Positions 1 through 14,283 of a DNA stretch of 64,000 nt are shown here, in pieces (positions within the stretch are counted from its first letter, which is position 1; the number at the start of each line of letters is the position of its first letter). The DNA is from Curvularia clavata (Eukaryota). The position numbers were made by a program, and so were the translations under genes. The notes beneath the pieces are model-generated. The model did no database searches. It saw only the letters and a program-made list of their open reading frames with translations, and was not told the DNA's origin. The stretch lies in the NCBI GenBank assembly GCA_023920165.1, contig CP089274.1:5580001-5644000 (forward strand). The letters run 5' to 3'.

Positions 1-59
1 GAGCCGAAACCATTCTGGTAGCGATACTTCTCTTTAAAAGAGAATTGTGTAGACGGCAT
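1..59 (-). CDS. hmgA: Homogentisate 1,2-dioxygenase, 5' end only (runs off the window edge)
   Basis: Not in the ORF track. Minus strand from ATG at 59 reads MPSTQFSFKEKYRYQNGFG, resembling the fungal HmgA N-terminus (MPxTxFxFK..YxYQNGF). It is divergent from fahA, the usual arrangement. Confidence 0.85.
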   Translation of the reverse strand, partial: MPSTQFSFKEKYRYQNGFG

Positions 60-656
60 CCTGACAGTGTGTACGATGAATCAATTCAGTACGATGCTTT
101 TGTCCAAAAAAAAGGTAGAATATGGTGTATCAGCTTAGCGGCGCACTATGGGCGTCTTGAGTCTATGTATGGCAATGAATGCGCGAAAGTGGTGAGGGCA
201 CATCAGGCGACAGCTCGGCCATATGTTTGCTTCATGGCGCGGTAAAGAACGGCTTGCAGTTCCGTCGAGCATCGCGTCACCAGAGCACAGCGGATGGAGC
301 GTTCATGTCGGCTTACCCCACTGGCGGGGGAGAAACAAGGGTCACCCGAAGGCAAATGACGGAACCTTTCCGAGCCTGCCCTCCCGCCTCCATCCCAATT
401 CCGTCACCAGCCGCCAGCCCATGTACTCACTGAAGCCACGGCAACAAAAACAACAGGGCCATTGCGGGGCCGATACTTTGTGACTGGCAACGTGCTTTGT
501 TATCCTTGCTGGTCTTGGCATGGGTATTCAGACTCCCAGCACTTCAAGGCTCCAACGCCCTGCTATACTGTCTTTCCGGTAGGTAGTCAGCGTTGTGTCA
601 AACTTCATTTGTCTCTCTCATTACTGCCATCTCTGGTAGAAACAACACGTCAGGCC

Positions 657-2016
657 ATGGCTTCACTACGATCTTGGTTTAGCATCCCTCGGGGTTCTCA
701 CTTCTCCCTCGCCAACATCCCCTTTGGCATCATCTCCACGGCTTCGTCGACAAAACCACGTGTTGCAGTGGCCATTGGTGACCACGCCCTGGATCTCGAG
801 GCCTTTGCAGCTAACAATGGCTTCTCGGCCCTCTCTATCATCCAACCCCACCAAGCCGTCTTCTCAGAGCCCTCGCTGAATGCGTTCGCTGCACTCGGTC
901 GCCCTGTCCACTCAGTCGTTCGCAAGTACATCCAGAGTGTATTCTCCGAAGATACCACTTACCCAGATGTCTTGAAGAACAATTCTGCTCTTCAGAAACA
1001 AGCTCTGCTACCACGCAAGGAAGTTCGATGCCATATCCCTTTCAAGATTGGCGATTACACCGACTTCTTCGCAGGCCTGAACCATGCATACAACTGCGGT
1101 GTCATTTTCAGAGGCCCAAATGACGCTCTGCAACCAAACTACAAGCATCTGCCAGTTGGTTACCATGGCCGAGCCTCCTCAGTCGTACCCTCCGGGACGC
1201 CAATTCGACGACCTAACGGCCAGATATTACTGAACCCCACGGCAGAGAAGAAGGTACCTACATTCAGCCCCTGCAGGAAACTGGACATGGAGCTTGAGCT
1301 TGGAGCCTTTGTTTGTGGCTCAAACGAGCAAGGGACGCCAATCCCAATTGAAAAAGCAGAGGAAAACCTGTTTGGTGTAGTTCTGATGAATGACTGGTCA
1401 GCAAGAGATATCCAGGCATGGGAATATGTGCCTCTGGGGCCTTTCAACGCGAAGAACTTTGGTACCACTATCAGTACATGGGTTGTGCACGCCGATGCAC
1501 TCGAGCAATTCAAGACAAAGGGCCTTGAGAATGATACTGAGATACTACCCTACTTGAGAGAGAAGAGCCAAAACACGGCGTACGATATCAAGCTCGAAGT
1601 CGACATCAAGAGTATGGCTACCTTGCAAACCCCTTGATACGAAAAGTGACTAACCCATACTAGCGGCATCGGGCAACAAAGCCACAGTGTGCAAAACCAA
1701 CGCTCGAAACCTGATGTGGTCCTTCCCACAGATGCTCACACACCACACCGTCAACGGATGTCCTTTCCAGCCCGGCGACTTGCTGGGCTCGGGCACTATT
1801 AGCGGTACCTCTCCATCTGAGTTTGGAAGTTTCTTAGAGCAGAGCAACAATGGCAAAAATGCCATTACCATCCAGGGCGACGAGAAGAGGATATTCCTCG
1901 AGGACGGCGACGAGGTGACTATCCGAGGTGTATGCGGCACAGATGAGGAGGCTCTGGTTGGTTTCGGCGAGTGTGTCGGCTGCATTGAGCCTGCTCTGAA
2001 GCTGGAATTTGCCTAG
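657..2016 (+). CDS. fahA: Fumarylacetoacetate hydrolase; 2 exons (657-1611, 1664-2016)
   Basis: Motifs SHFSLANIPFG, IGDYTDFF, HLPVGYHGRASS, LDMELELG, LMNDWSARDIQAWEYVPLGPF and GDLLGSGTISG. GT..CTAAC..AG intron 1612-1663 joins the two ORFs in frame. Confidence 0.95.
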
Positions 2017-2722
2017 GCTCTGTTGAACAGTAAACTAGATACTCCAAAATAAAACTGTGCATCGATCTATACATGCTCCTTTCACTATGTCTTGTCACTG
2101 TTTCCAGATGCCTGGATAATTAATATCGGCTGGTGTATCATGACTGTACATCTACAAAGACATTCGATCTTCAACCACAACACCCAACATCCCTATCGAG
2201 AACCAACATGCTGAATCTACCAAACCCATGCCCATGCCTTTTCCCTCAAACCCTTACTTGTACACTCTCATGCTTATTTCCCCTTCCAAATACGGTAAGG
2301 CGTATAGCGATGATCTCACACTACATACCCATCCCCGCGCGCCGCGCTGCCGCCCTTCTCCGCGCGGCACATTTCCGCCATACGCCAACCCGCCAGCAAT
2401 CGGCCCAAGTTCCACTATCCGAAAACAAAAATCAGCTTCGCTCTGACTGGTCGTGCTGATTCTAACTCTAGTTAAGTAAGTTTCCTGCAGCAGAAGGTGG
2501 ATCTATTGCTCAAGCGGGGGAAGGGAAGAGGCGCATGACATCGTTCAGGCAGATTTGTATATCATAAGAGCGCTCCTGCAAGGTTTTTATAAACTTTAAA
2601 CTACATTTCACGGTTCGAATTGGCATTGGTAGTCTTCTCTTCATCTTCATTTTCTTATATTCTTCTTCTTCGTATCGTCCTGCTTCTTTCCTCCTCTCAG
2701 GCAGGCTCCCTGCTGCGGAACC

Positions 2723-4396
2723 ATGACGCTTCCTATCTACGCCGCTGGGCTTGCGGTCATTGCCTATTTCCTCTACAAACTCCTCTATGGAACCGACACA
2801 CCGCGCATCAAAGGTCTGCCTGAAGTCCCTGGACTACCTTTGTTCGGCAGTTTGTACGAGTTGGGTGAAAATCACGCCAAAGTCGCCCAGGGATGGGCGA
2901 AGAAATACGGGCCAGTGTTCCAAGTGAGGATGGGAAATAAGGTAAAACCATTCCTCTCGCGAAAGACCAAGAGGATAAGGCTAATAGAAATGCACAGAGA
3001 ATCGTCTTCGCCAACTCCTTCGACTCGGTCCGCCACCTCTGGATCACAAACCAATCCGCCATGATATCTCGGCCCAAACTGCATACGTTCCACACCATCG
3101 TTTCTTCCTCGCAGGGCTTCACAATCGGAACATCACCCTGGGACGAATCCTGCAAGGCGCGCAGAAAAGCCGCGGCTACGGCGCTGAACCGCCCTGCGGT
3201 ACAGTCGTACATGCCGCTTATTGACCTCGAGTCTACCGTTTCGATCAAAGAACTGCTGCATGATAGTAAAGGCGGAGAGTTGGATCTCGATCCGCGTGCG
3301 TACTGGCAGAGATATGCGCTGAATACGTCGCTGACGCTGAACTACGGATATCGTATTGATGGTAACAAGGATGCGCCGTTGCTCAAGGAGATTGTGGATG
3401 TGGAGAGGGGCGTAGGGAACTTCCGATCGACGAGTAATAACTGGCAGGACTATGTTCCGCTGCTAAGGCTGTTTCCTAAACAGACCAACGAGGCAGAGAG
3501 CTTCAGGAAGAGGAGAGATGTATATATGGACCGGTTGCTGAAGATGCTGGAAGAGAAGATCGAAAATGGGACGGATAAGCCATGTATTACGGGAAACATT
3601 ATCAAAGACCCGGACGCGAAGCTGAATCGAGGTGAGCATTTCTTTTCTTCGCAAGTTTGTCGTAGAGTCGAACATCTACTAACCAAGTCGATTAGCTGAA
3701 ATCAAATCCATCTGCCTGACCATGGTCTCTGCCGGTCTGGACACTGTCCCAGGCAATCTCATCATGGGTATTGCCCAGCTGGCTACACCCGAAGGGCAAA
3801 AGATCCAACAACGCGCCTACAACGAAATCATGAAAGCGTACCCCAACAACGACGCCTGGGAGCGGTGTCTGCACGAAGAAAAGATTCCTTACATCACCGC
3901 GCTGTACAAGGAGATCTTGCGGTTTTGGACCGTCATCCCCATCTGCCTGCCTCGCGTCTCCATCAAGGACATCGAATGGAACGGCGTCACCATACCCGCC
4001 GGCACAACCTTCTACATGAACGCCTACGCTGCAGACTACGACGACTCGCACTTCAAGAACCCGTATACGTTCGATCCAGAGCGCTATCTCGACGTGCCAG
4101 ACGGTGCAGGAACGCCCCATTACGGGTATGGCGCTGGTTCGCGCATGTGTGTGGGCTCGCACCTGGCGAACCGCGAGCTGTTCACTGCATTTGTGAGGCT
4201 GATTTCAGCATTCGAGTTTACGCCGCCGGTGGATCCGCGCGACGAGCCCGTCATGGATTGCCTGGAGGCAAATGCCATCCCAACGAGCTTGACGCTTGAG
4301 CCAAAGTACTTTAAGGTGGGGTTCAAGCCTAGGAATAGGGAGTTGCTGGATAAGTGGATTCGGGAGAGCGAGGAGAGGACCAAGGATCTTATGTAA
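2723..4396 (+). CDS. phacA: Cytochrome P450, CYP504 family phenylacetate 2-hydroxylase; introns 2942-2997 and 3632-3695
   Basis: N-terminal membrane anchor, HTIVSSSQGFTIGTSPWDESCK (typical of CYP504), KEILR (ExxR), FDPERY, and heme motif YGYGAGSRMCVG. Clustered with fahA/hmgA. Confidence 0.9.
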
Positions 4397-5944
4397 ATAT
4401 GTTTGGGTTGTGAATAAAATGTACTGCATGGGTTTGGATGGACTGTCTTCTTTGGTGTCTAGAGTAGACTTTTATCGTACCGGGAAAGTTGGAATTCACC
4501 AACTCACTACTATATAGCATGCTAGATGTGCAGTTGATTAGCAATGATGACCAAAGTAACAGCGATCATACCTTTACAACCCTGAGCAGTTGTATTTCTT
4601 GTCTGCTGTAGTTGTGTGCCATTTCAAAATTACGTTTTGACTCTCACTTTCTGAAAAAGAATGCTTCGTCGATACGAGCATCTATTGTGGCAGAGGGTGT
4701 GCGTAGCGTGGTAACAACTCTCCAAAATAAAACTTCGAAGCTCCTTCGTATTCTCCTGGTCTCGCCATTGAGGCATCACAGACGAAAAGTTGCCCCTATC
4801 TCGTTCCTTGCATTCTGGATTGCTTGTGCGGTGAGCTGGATCCATCTTCGGCGAATGTTTGCAGTAGCCCTGTTGCAAATTTTTTTTTGTGTTACCGTAT
4901 CTGCATATCCTGTAGTACAGCCATGAGTAGAGAGAGAACAAGAGGTTTCACGCAAGGCGAAACGGACTGAAACCAACAGAGCAGAAAAGGATATACCCTG
5001 AACTAAGACGAAGAGAGCAGACGGGGATGCCCCGGACCCGTGAGTGTCAATTGTGGCTGCCTTGGAACATGTCAACTGTGTCTACTTGGCCATGTATATC
5101 TGTTCTCATCTGAAATATTTTTCTGCCTAGATGAGCCGTGACAAGATGATACGCAGTGACTATTTTCAGACTTGCTGATAGCGGCCGAGGTGTTTCATGA
5201 TGGCGCCATTGGTGGCTGGGGAGATAATGGACGAAAATGGCGGAGCTTGAGTTTGAAGGCATGTAGCAGTCCCACGCATGTCAAGACGGAGGTGCAAACA
5301 TCAAGCCGGACGGCGATACATGTCAAGACGCCAACTTAGTCTCAGCAAAACATGGACAAGAAGATAGGCGGCGGGCGGTGCGGATAGCTGTGGGTCCTGT
5401 AGCGCAGACAATCCTGGGGCAGTGAGCGGATGGGGCAAGCGAGCATTCAATGGCTGCCTTGGAGGTTCCACTGTGGGCATTCAGGAGAGCCAAAACGTGT
5501 CAAGATCCGGGAAGGGTGCATAAGAGCAGCAGCAGGGAAAGGAGAGGCTCAAGGCACGCCGTCTCTCACCGCAAGTCGCCCAACAAGAGCCGATAAGCGA
5601 TCGCTGGTAGTTGTCACGTGCCGGGGGTAGTGGCACTTACCAGCTTACGAACAGTGCCCAGACTTCGCCGCGCTTTCCACCACATCTCTTCATCGCAGCC
5701 CTTCCTGTGCATCAGTAAGAGGACATCGACATCATCCCCGAATCCCACCGACTCTCTTGAACACCCCCGTAAGTCATCCGCCGTCGCCTTGTTTTTTCCT
5801 CTGCTTGCTTGTTCTGCTCCACGCCGGGGCCCCTGTTGCCAGTGTCCCTCCTGGCTGCGACTCGAGGTGCCAACAGGCCACGCCCCCAATCCGTCTGCGC
5901 CAGCCAAACCCGCCCCTTTCACGGCACTCAATGCCTGCCCATGA

Positions 5945-6799
<855 letters not shown>

Positions 6800-7493
6800 G
6801 TTCGCCGCGCAGGCGAGCCGTAATGTAGCGAGTCACGAGAGGAAAAAATGTCAATCGTCTGTCCCTGCCCAGGCATCATCTCCATAACGAACGCGCGTCC
6901 CGCATACCCACGGACCCATGAAATGTTTTTGCATTGGTGAAGATCAAATGTCGGCTGGGAAATGGTGGAGTCGAGACTCTGGGTTTCTCCTGTCCTTTTC
7001 ACACCATTTTGGAGTTTGCGTGTGTAAAGTGCTATGACATTGCGTTTCTGGGGGAGGGGTCGTTGGGGGAAATCAGTTGTTTGGTTGCTTTTTTTAACGT
7101 GGTACTATCAAATTCGAGCCTCTTATTCCCTAGTATTTTATTTTTTTTCGTCATATATTGGTGAAATCTGATTGGACTTTGGACACGCTTGCATCTACAG
7201 TGAAGAGAACCAAGGAAGTAGAAAACGGTTAATTGGTCTATGTTATTCCACGGTTTTACGACGCATTTATTTCGCAGATGGAAAGGACATGCCAGAACGC
7301 CAGTTATTCATCATTGTTGTCATTCCCTCGCCTGCTAGGTCGGTTTTCGCGCTTACATGTTACAATGCAGAAAACAACAAACGTTGAAAAGCTTGTAGGA
7401 TTTTTGAGGTGATCCCATATCAAATGGGGAATTGAGCCAGTCCTAAGTTTTCATATCGTGCAGCAAACTCTCTCAAGGTGCGTTCTACACACT

Positions 7494-8792
7494 TCACGAC
7501 GCAGTTGGAGCATTTTCCTTTGCTGCGGTAATGGGTGGAAGCAGGCCCTTCTCGGCCCAGAGGTCGACGAGGGGCTGCATGGGCTCAATCTCCTTGTCGC
7601 CGATGAGACCAAAGAGCTTGCCGACGTTGATGAAGTGGATGAAGCACGTGTTGAGTTCCTTGTAGGCACTGACGTTCCAGAAGGGCTCCAGCCAGTGGCC
7701 GTGGTAGATGTGTGCATAGCATCGCATCATCTGGCGGTAGATGCTCTTGATGTCGCCTTCAAACGTCTCTGGGAAGCCGGAGGACTTGCCCAGCCAGTCA
7801 CGTCCGGCAAGCTGAGATACAGGCTGATTGAGCGTCGTGGGGCCCAGAGGCTGTGGCGTTGAGTTGGGTGTCATGGAACCAGAGGCATAGCTTGACGTTC
7901 CAATGGAGATGGCGGTGGTATCTGTGGGGAAGATGTTTGGGTCGTTGATCTTGCCCACAATCCACTTTTGCACCAGGTTGATGTACTGGATGGCGGGGAT
8001 CTTGATGGGCTTCTTGTTGTTGTCGAGCCAAGTGTATGTGTGGCCACTGGCAGACATGGTTGGGCAGACATCCGGGTTGCAGATGGGCTTGCCTGTTCGG
8101 TCATCCACTACCTTGATGACTTCAATCATCTGTTCTAGCAGTCTGTACTGCTCGACCACTGGTCACATGCTTAGCGTCATCCATGCCACCGAACCTCACA
8201 CGTGGCAAAGCATACCTTGATGAGCGAGCCATTCGCCTTCCTCGACCAGCTTTGGCTTTGCAGCCAGCGTCATAAAGTTACCCTTGACAATCAAGTTGGA
8301 GTACTCCTCGCGGAAGAAAAATGGCGGTCTGCGAGAACCAGACGGCACGGACCCCTCAGATGGCGGACCCTGGCTTTCGAACGACATGTTGGATGACAGA
8401 GCAGGCGAACCTGGCATAGGCGGCTGGTTCGGGGCTTGCTGAGAAGTTGGAGATGCCGAGTAGGAGGCGGTTGGTGACGAGGAACCGCCTTTGCCTGGTT
8501 GTTGTTGACCTTTGCTGGATCGTCCAGCCAATCCTTGGCGACTATCGGTGAAGTTGTTAGAAACGGAACACCTTGGGCATCCCCCGAGTAAACTGCAACC
8601 CCTTCCAAGAGACGAATTGGTGGCTTTGAAGAAACACGAATGTCACGAGAGGAAGTTGGAGAGAGGCCATGCAACAGACTGCCTGAAACATGCCAGGGGG
8701 TGGGGGTTTGGACTGCAGAAGGAAGGGGAGGCACTCGAGGGAGGGCGAGCAACGTGCCAAGCAACTTACACGTTTGCAAAGAAAGAAGCCAT
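7494..8792 (-). CDS. mob2: Mob1/phocein-family kinase activator (Mob2 type); exons 8792-8770, 8541-8216, 8158-7494
   Basis: Spliced start MASFFANVRQGLAG; motifs IVKGNFMTLAAKPKLVEEGEWLAHQ, CPTMSA, FPT, YAHIYHGH, ELNTCFIHF. Confidence 0.9.
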
Positions 8793-9231
8793 GATTTGCG
8801 GGGGTTCTGGGTTTGGGCGGGCAAGGGGCGGCGGGCGGTGGGCGGCGAGACAGAGGCTATTGATGCACCTAGAGAGGGCCGGCTTGAGGAGGCTGCAAGA
8901 GAACTGAAGGGGGAGGGTGGTGGTGATACGTCTCGAGCGGGCTGTCTTTTTGGGCCCACTCGACGCTCCCTAAGGGCCAGTGCCAGCATCGAGAAGGGGC
9001 GGGGCGCTATCGCCACATCCAGACTAGCGCCTCGTACCTGGCCTGCTTGCTGCGTCGCCGGGGAACTTTCATGCTAACCTCTGGGCACTCCGTCGCGCTT
9101 TTTTGGACTTCACCACCATCACGCGTGTCATTTGCGAGCCAGCTTCCCTGCTGTCGCCTCTATCGCCTCGTCTCGACTTACTGTATTTCGGCGCCTAGCA
9201 AGAAGCGCAGCCAGCTGCACCCGGCGCGACC

Positions 9232-10687
9232 ATGTCCGACGCGGGCCACGATCCAACCCTGTCCGACGACGAGGCCAGTGGCCATGCCACTCCTGCTGAG
9301 AATGCCGAAGGAGGTACGCCGCTGAATACCGTCGAGGAACATGGGCTTGACGAAGACGACGATGATCTCTTTGGCGACGGCGGCGCCGATGACGACGACC
9401 ATGGAGATGCCCAGGATGCGGAAGCGTATGTCGCATCCGAAAACACCACACCGCATTCAATTGACGTGTCACAGTGAGCAGCGCAAGCTAGACGACGAGG
9501 AACTCGACTCTGGCGACGATGAAGGACGGACAGACCGCGCCAGGCACCACGAGACCGTGGAGGAAGTCGAGCAACAGACATTTGCGTACATGGACGCAGA
9601 CCTGGTGCGACACGCAGTCCCCGAGCCCACCGACAATGAACTCTATCTTCTCAAAGTTCCGCGCTTCCTTTCCTTTGAGGACAAAGCTTTTGATCACAAG
9701 ACATTCCAACCACCCACGACCGACCACCACTCCAAGCTTGCCGCGTCTGAGCACTTTTCCGCCTACCATACTGCTATGACCACGATCCGGTGGCGGCGCT
9801 CACCTTCAGACAACGCCACCCTGCAGTCCAATGCTCGCATTCTGAGGTGGTCTGACGGTTCTCTTACCCTCCAGCTCGCCAGCGACCCTACCGTGCAGTT
9901 CGACATTGACGCCAACACGCTAGCGCCGCCGCAAGTAAACCCAAAGATTCCCACTCCCACATCCATCAAAGAAGACAGGTCTGGAGCCAAGACGAGCGCG
10001 AAGAAGGAGAGTTACACATATCTCGTGGCGCCCTACGAGGAGGCCAACGTCATGCGTGTTACCAACAAGCTCACAACATCTCTGAACGTAGTGCCCGCTG
10101 CAAACACAAAGGATGCCGCACTCGAGAAGCTGCAGAACGATCTTGCAAAGGTCGCATCCAAGGGCCGAGACGACGCCGATCAAGCCATTTCCTTCATCAA
10201 CGTCGACGAAGATCCCGAGTTGCGCAGGCAGCGCGAGGAGGCCACATTCAAAGAGAAGCAGCGGCAATTGCGCGCCCGTGAGAAGCATGAGGCGCGTCAG
10301 GCTGAGCGTGCAAACCGCACCATGGGCCGCAGCGGTGGCCGTGCAGCAGGAGGCGGACTCGACATTGACGGACTGGAAGACCGCGCCCCTCGGAGACAAC
10401 AACAGAGGAAGACTGGTATACGGCGTGATTGGAGCGATGACGAAGACTATGGTGGTCCCAGGAGGAATCGTGAGGATGACTACGACGAAGAAGACGACTT
10501 CATTGCTGCTAGTGAGGAGGAGCCGGAAATTTTCGAGGATGATGACGATCCAGATGAGGGCATTGCGCCAAGTCCGAAGAGAGCAAGAGGCGGGGCGGTT
10601 GCAGCCGACGATGACGATGAAGACGAGGTGGTCGTCAGCCGAACAAAGCGGAGACGTGTGGTCGACGATGACGAGGATGAAGAGTAG
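9232..10687 (+). CDS. leo1: Paf1 complex subunit Leo1; intron 9426-9474
   Basis: Acidic N- and C-termini plus the Leo1 core TIRWR...SNARILRWSDGSLTLQ. Confidence 0.9.
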
Positions 10688-11074
10688 ACTCGTCGCTGGA
10701 GGCAGTTATAACACGCAGGAGAGCAGATACAATATGATTGTTTTGCTCAGTTAGCCACAGTGTGCGGCTTTCAAAATTTGTGGATATTAGCATAGCCCGG
10801 AGTTTGAGTTCTAACTTGATGTATGAGTATTTTTATTACCACAGTATATTTTCCAAAAAAGTTGACATTTTGCCAGCTGCAGCTATGATACTGTTCGAGA
10901 ATGCTGTTGACTGGCTCCTTGGATATCCGCTTACTTGCCTGATGCACACTAGCGCAATGCAATGCTAGTGGAGACGACATAAGAGTCAACTTACTACACT
11001 GACTACGCAGTCTTTGGAGACTTGTTCTACCAGTCATCTCAAACTCTGTAATTTACTCTTTCCCTTCTTTCAAG

Positions 11075-12116
11075 ATGGATTCATCAGACAGTCCACGGCT
11101 GGGATGGATTGGCCTTGGATCTATGGGGCTGGCCATGGCAGTAAACATCCAAAAGCACATACAACAGCAGCAAGGCCGTCTCCCGCCGCTGAAATACTGG
11201 AACCGAACGCTTGCACGGGGCAAGCCGTTGCAAGATCTTGGTGCTATGGCGTGTGCCAAAATCGCGGATTTGGTGCAAACCTGCGATGTGATATTCATTT
11301 CTGTACTTGTCCTACATCTTTCAGATAGATACAATAATAGAAGAAGAATTAACAATTGTCCAGGTCAGTGACGACACAGCCTTAACCAGCATCACGACCT
11401 CAATTCAATCCAGCGGCTCCATCGCTAGCAAAATCTTCGTCGACACAACTACTATCCACCCCTCAACTACGACATCCATCTGCGCCTCCTTCGTCGACCA
11501 AAAAGCCACCTACCTTGCGGCCCCCGTCTTCGGCGCCACACCCGTCGCTGAAGCCGGGAAACTCCTCGTCGCCCTCGCCGGTGATCCCGCCGCTATCTCC
11601 ACCATCTCCCCCTTCCTAACGGGCGTCATCGCCCGGCGCGTTATCCAGGTCGGAACCACACCCTCTCAAGCTCTTCTCCTTAAAACAACCAGCAACTTCC
11701 TCACCGCAGGTCTCATGACGCTCTTCTCAGAAGCGCACACGCTCGCTGAGAAAACCGGTCTACCCTCCCACATACTCGAGGACCTTGTCGAAGAAAACTT
11801 CGGCGCCTACTGCCTTGGTGTCTCACGCAGGTTGACCAGTGGTACGTATTTCCCAGCCGAAGGACAAGCGCCGCCGTCTGGGCTTGAGCTCGGGATCAAG
11901 GATGTGGGACATGCGGTGGGTCTGGCGAGGGAGAACGACATGCAGCTGCGGATTGGGGCGATGTATCTTGAGGCTGCGGAGGAGGCGAAGAAGTATGGCG
12001 AGGAGAGAGGGAGGAGGTGTGATAGTAGTGCTATATTTGGGGTTGTGAGGCAGAGGGCGGGATTGGGGTTTGAGAACGAGGCGGTTAAGGAGAGGGATGG
12101 CAGTACGAGGCAGTGA
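11075..12116 (+). CDS. NAD(P)-dependent beta-hydroxyacid dehydrogenase (3-hydroxyisobutyrate / 6-phosphogluconate dehydrogenase NAD-binding family); intron 11303-11363
   Basis: Rossmann motif LGWIGLGSMG, WNRT, VDTTTIHP, AAPVFG, catalytic-type LLKTTSN, KDVGHA. Confidence 0.85.
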
Positions 12117-12408
12117 GCTAGAACATTGAGTTTCTGAGACAAACATGAATGTTGGATTGTGTGCCCTTGAGAAACTGGTGTTGTGTATACGTGCGTTGAG
12201 CGTTACGAATGAAGGACACAGAGATGTGCCGTGGAACGTTCAAAGCAGGCAAAGAAAAGACAAATACATACATTCAATGTGAACATATCAAAAGATCAAC
12301 TGTTACTAGATTTTCATGAATGATTTGCGATTCGTAGCGCAAGATCCAGTCTTTAGTCTATTCAAAAATCAATTCCATCCGCGCAAATTCTATACAATTC
12401 TTTCACCA

Positions 12409-14151
12409 CTACTGGGCACCCTTCTCTGCGGCCTGTCGTTCCGCCTCTACCTCGGCAACGACGACCTTGCGCACGCCTTGCCAGCCCTCTGCCTTCTTGA
12501 CATGGCTGACTCTCCTTGGCTTGTCCTCGAGGCCCTTGAACTCCGCTGGCAACACCTTCTCCAGGAAGTACTCTTTCTGATCTGGCAGGGCCAACTCAAC
12601 TGCGTTGGCAAACTTGGCTGGGTGTGCAGTTGCAAGCGCAATGTGGTGTGTAGACGGGGGCTTGGCCACTTGTACCGAGCGAAGTGTTGCTGCAATACCG
12701 ATGGCCGAGTGCGGGTCCAAGACGTAGTTCTTAGATGAGTCTGCATTGAAGACGTACTTGATCGTCTCAATCGTCTCCTCATCGCTGACACGGTACGACG
12801 AGAAGTCAGCCTTGGCAGCCTCTAGAATCTGCTTGTCGACAGAGAAGCCGCCTGCGGACTTGAGCTCGTTGAGCCAGTTGCGCACATGGTCGCCTGCTTG
12901 GCTCCGCCGTTGTGAGACAGCATCTGAGTTTGTGCTGTAGACATCGTATGAGAGGAACCACAACAGACGCTCAAAGTTTGAAGAGACCAAGATATCCATG
13001 GCTGGGCTCAGCGTCTCCTTGACTCCACCCTCGTGCGCCTTGGCACCATCCTCTGGGATACCACCCTCGGCCTCCTTTCCGTGCACTGGGTGCTTCTCAT
13101 ACTTGCCGGTTTCCCAGAAGCGATGCAGGATGTCGTTCTCGTTGGTCGCGATGACGAGCTTTTCGGCGGGCAGGCCCATGCGCTTGGCGAAGAAGCCAGC
13201 AAGAATGTCGCCAAAGTTTCCTGTGGGCACGACGAAGCGGACGGTCGAGGCTGGGAGGAAGGATGGGCTCTTGATGAGGTCAAAGTAAGAGTAGAAGTAG
13301 TAGGTGATCTGCGCAAGGATGCGCGCCCAGTTGATGGAGTTTACGGCAGCGAGGCGGTGCGTCTTGTTGATCTCTGGATCGGCAAAGAGGGCTTTGACAA
13401 AGTCCTGGTACTGGTTAATTGCGTCCTGGACTGCATGCTTTTTGTACATACCTGGCAGTCGTCGAAAGTGCCATCTACAGCCAAGTTGTGCACATTGGCA
13501 TCCATGACTGTCGTCATCTGTGCTTCCTGGATCGGGCTGACCTTGCCATGCGGGAACATGATGAAGACCGACACATCCTTCTTTCCACGCAGGCCGTAGA
13601 TGGCTGCCGAACCAGTGTCGCCACTTGTAGCGCCAATGACAGTCAGGTGTTCCCTGTCGCGGCCTGTCTTGCCCTGGTTCTTGCGCACAAGAAAGTATTC
13701 AAACAGGTTGCCCAAAAATTGCAGCGCAACATCCTTGAAGGCAAACGTAGGGCCGTGGAACAACTCCAGCAGGTGGATATTCTTCTCCTTGTCGAGCGTA
13801 ACACTGGGGACTACGTCCTTCGCGCGGAAAGTAGAATAACTGCGGTGGATGATGTCTTTGAGGTCTGCGGAGGGAATCTCGGACGGGGAGATGTAGAGGG
13901 AGAAGATTTCGAAGGCGAGTTCTGCGAAAGAGAGGTCTTTCCACTTGGACGCCCAGTCGTCAGGCAGTGTAGGGATTTCTTCAGGAATGAACAGGCCGCC
14001 ATCCGAGGCGAGACCCTTGAGGACGACTTCCTCAAAGGAGAACTGCACTATGTTAGCATGTCCTTGCGCGCATATCTGGCGCGGAGATTCTCACGTCGTA
14101 GGACCCACCCCGGGTGCTTAGGTACCGTTGTGATGCTGTATGTGAGGACAT
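12409..14151 (-). CDS. thr4: Threonine synthase; introns 14094-14043 and 13451-13405
   Basis: Spliced start MSSHTASQRYLSTRG; GLASDGGL, PLP-lysine motif ELFHGPTFAFKD, ATSGDTG, NSINWARI, VPTGNFGD, ATAHPAKF. Confidence 0.97.
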
Positions 14152-14206
14152 TATGTGTGGTATGTGTAGTGATCAAGCACCAAAAAAGATATAGGAATTA
14201 GGGTGT

Positions 14207-14283
14207 TGACTCAGGAATGGTGCAAAGGGCTGGTCCCCGTGGGGAAAAATGTTGTTGTAGCTCCGGAATCGCTGATTGACTCA
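14207..14283. promoter_or_regulatory. Two Gcn4/CpcA (cross-pathway control) elements upstream of thr4
   Basis: TGACTCA at 14207-14213 and 14277-14283, within ~130 bp of the start of an amino-acid biosynthetic gene. Confidence 0.7.
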
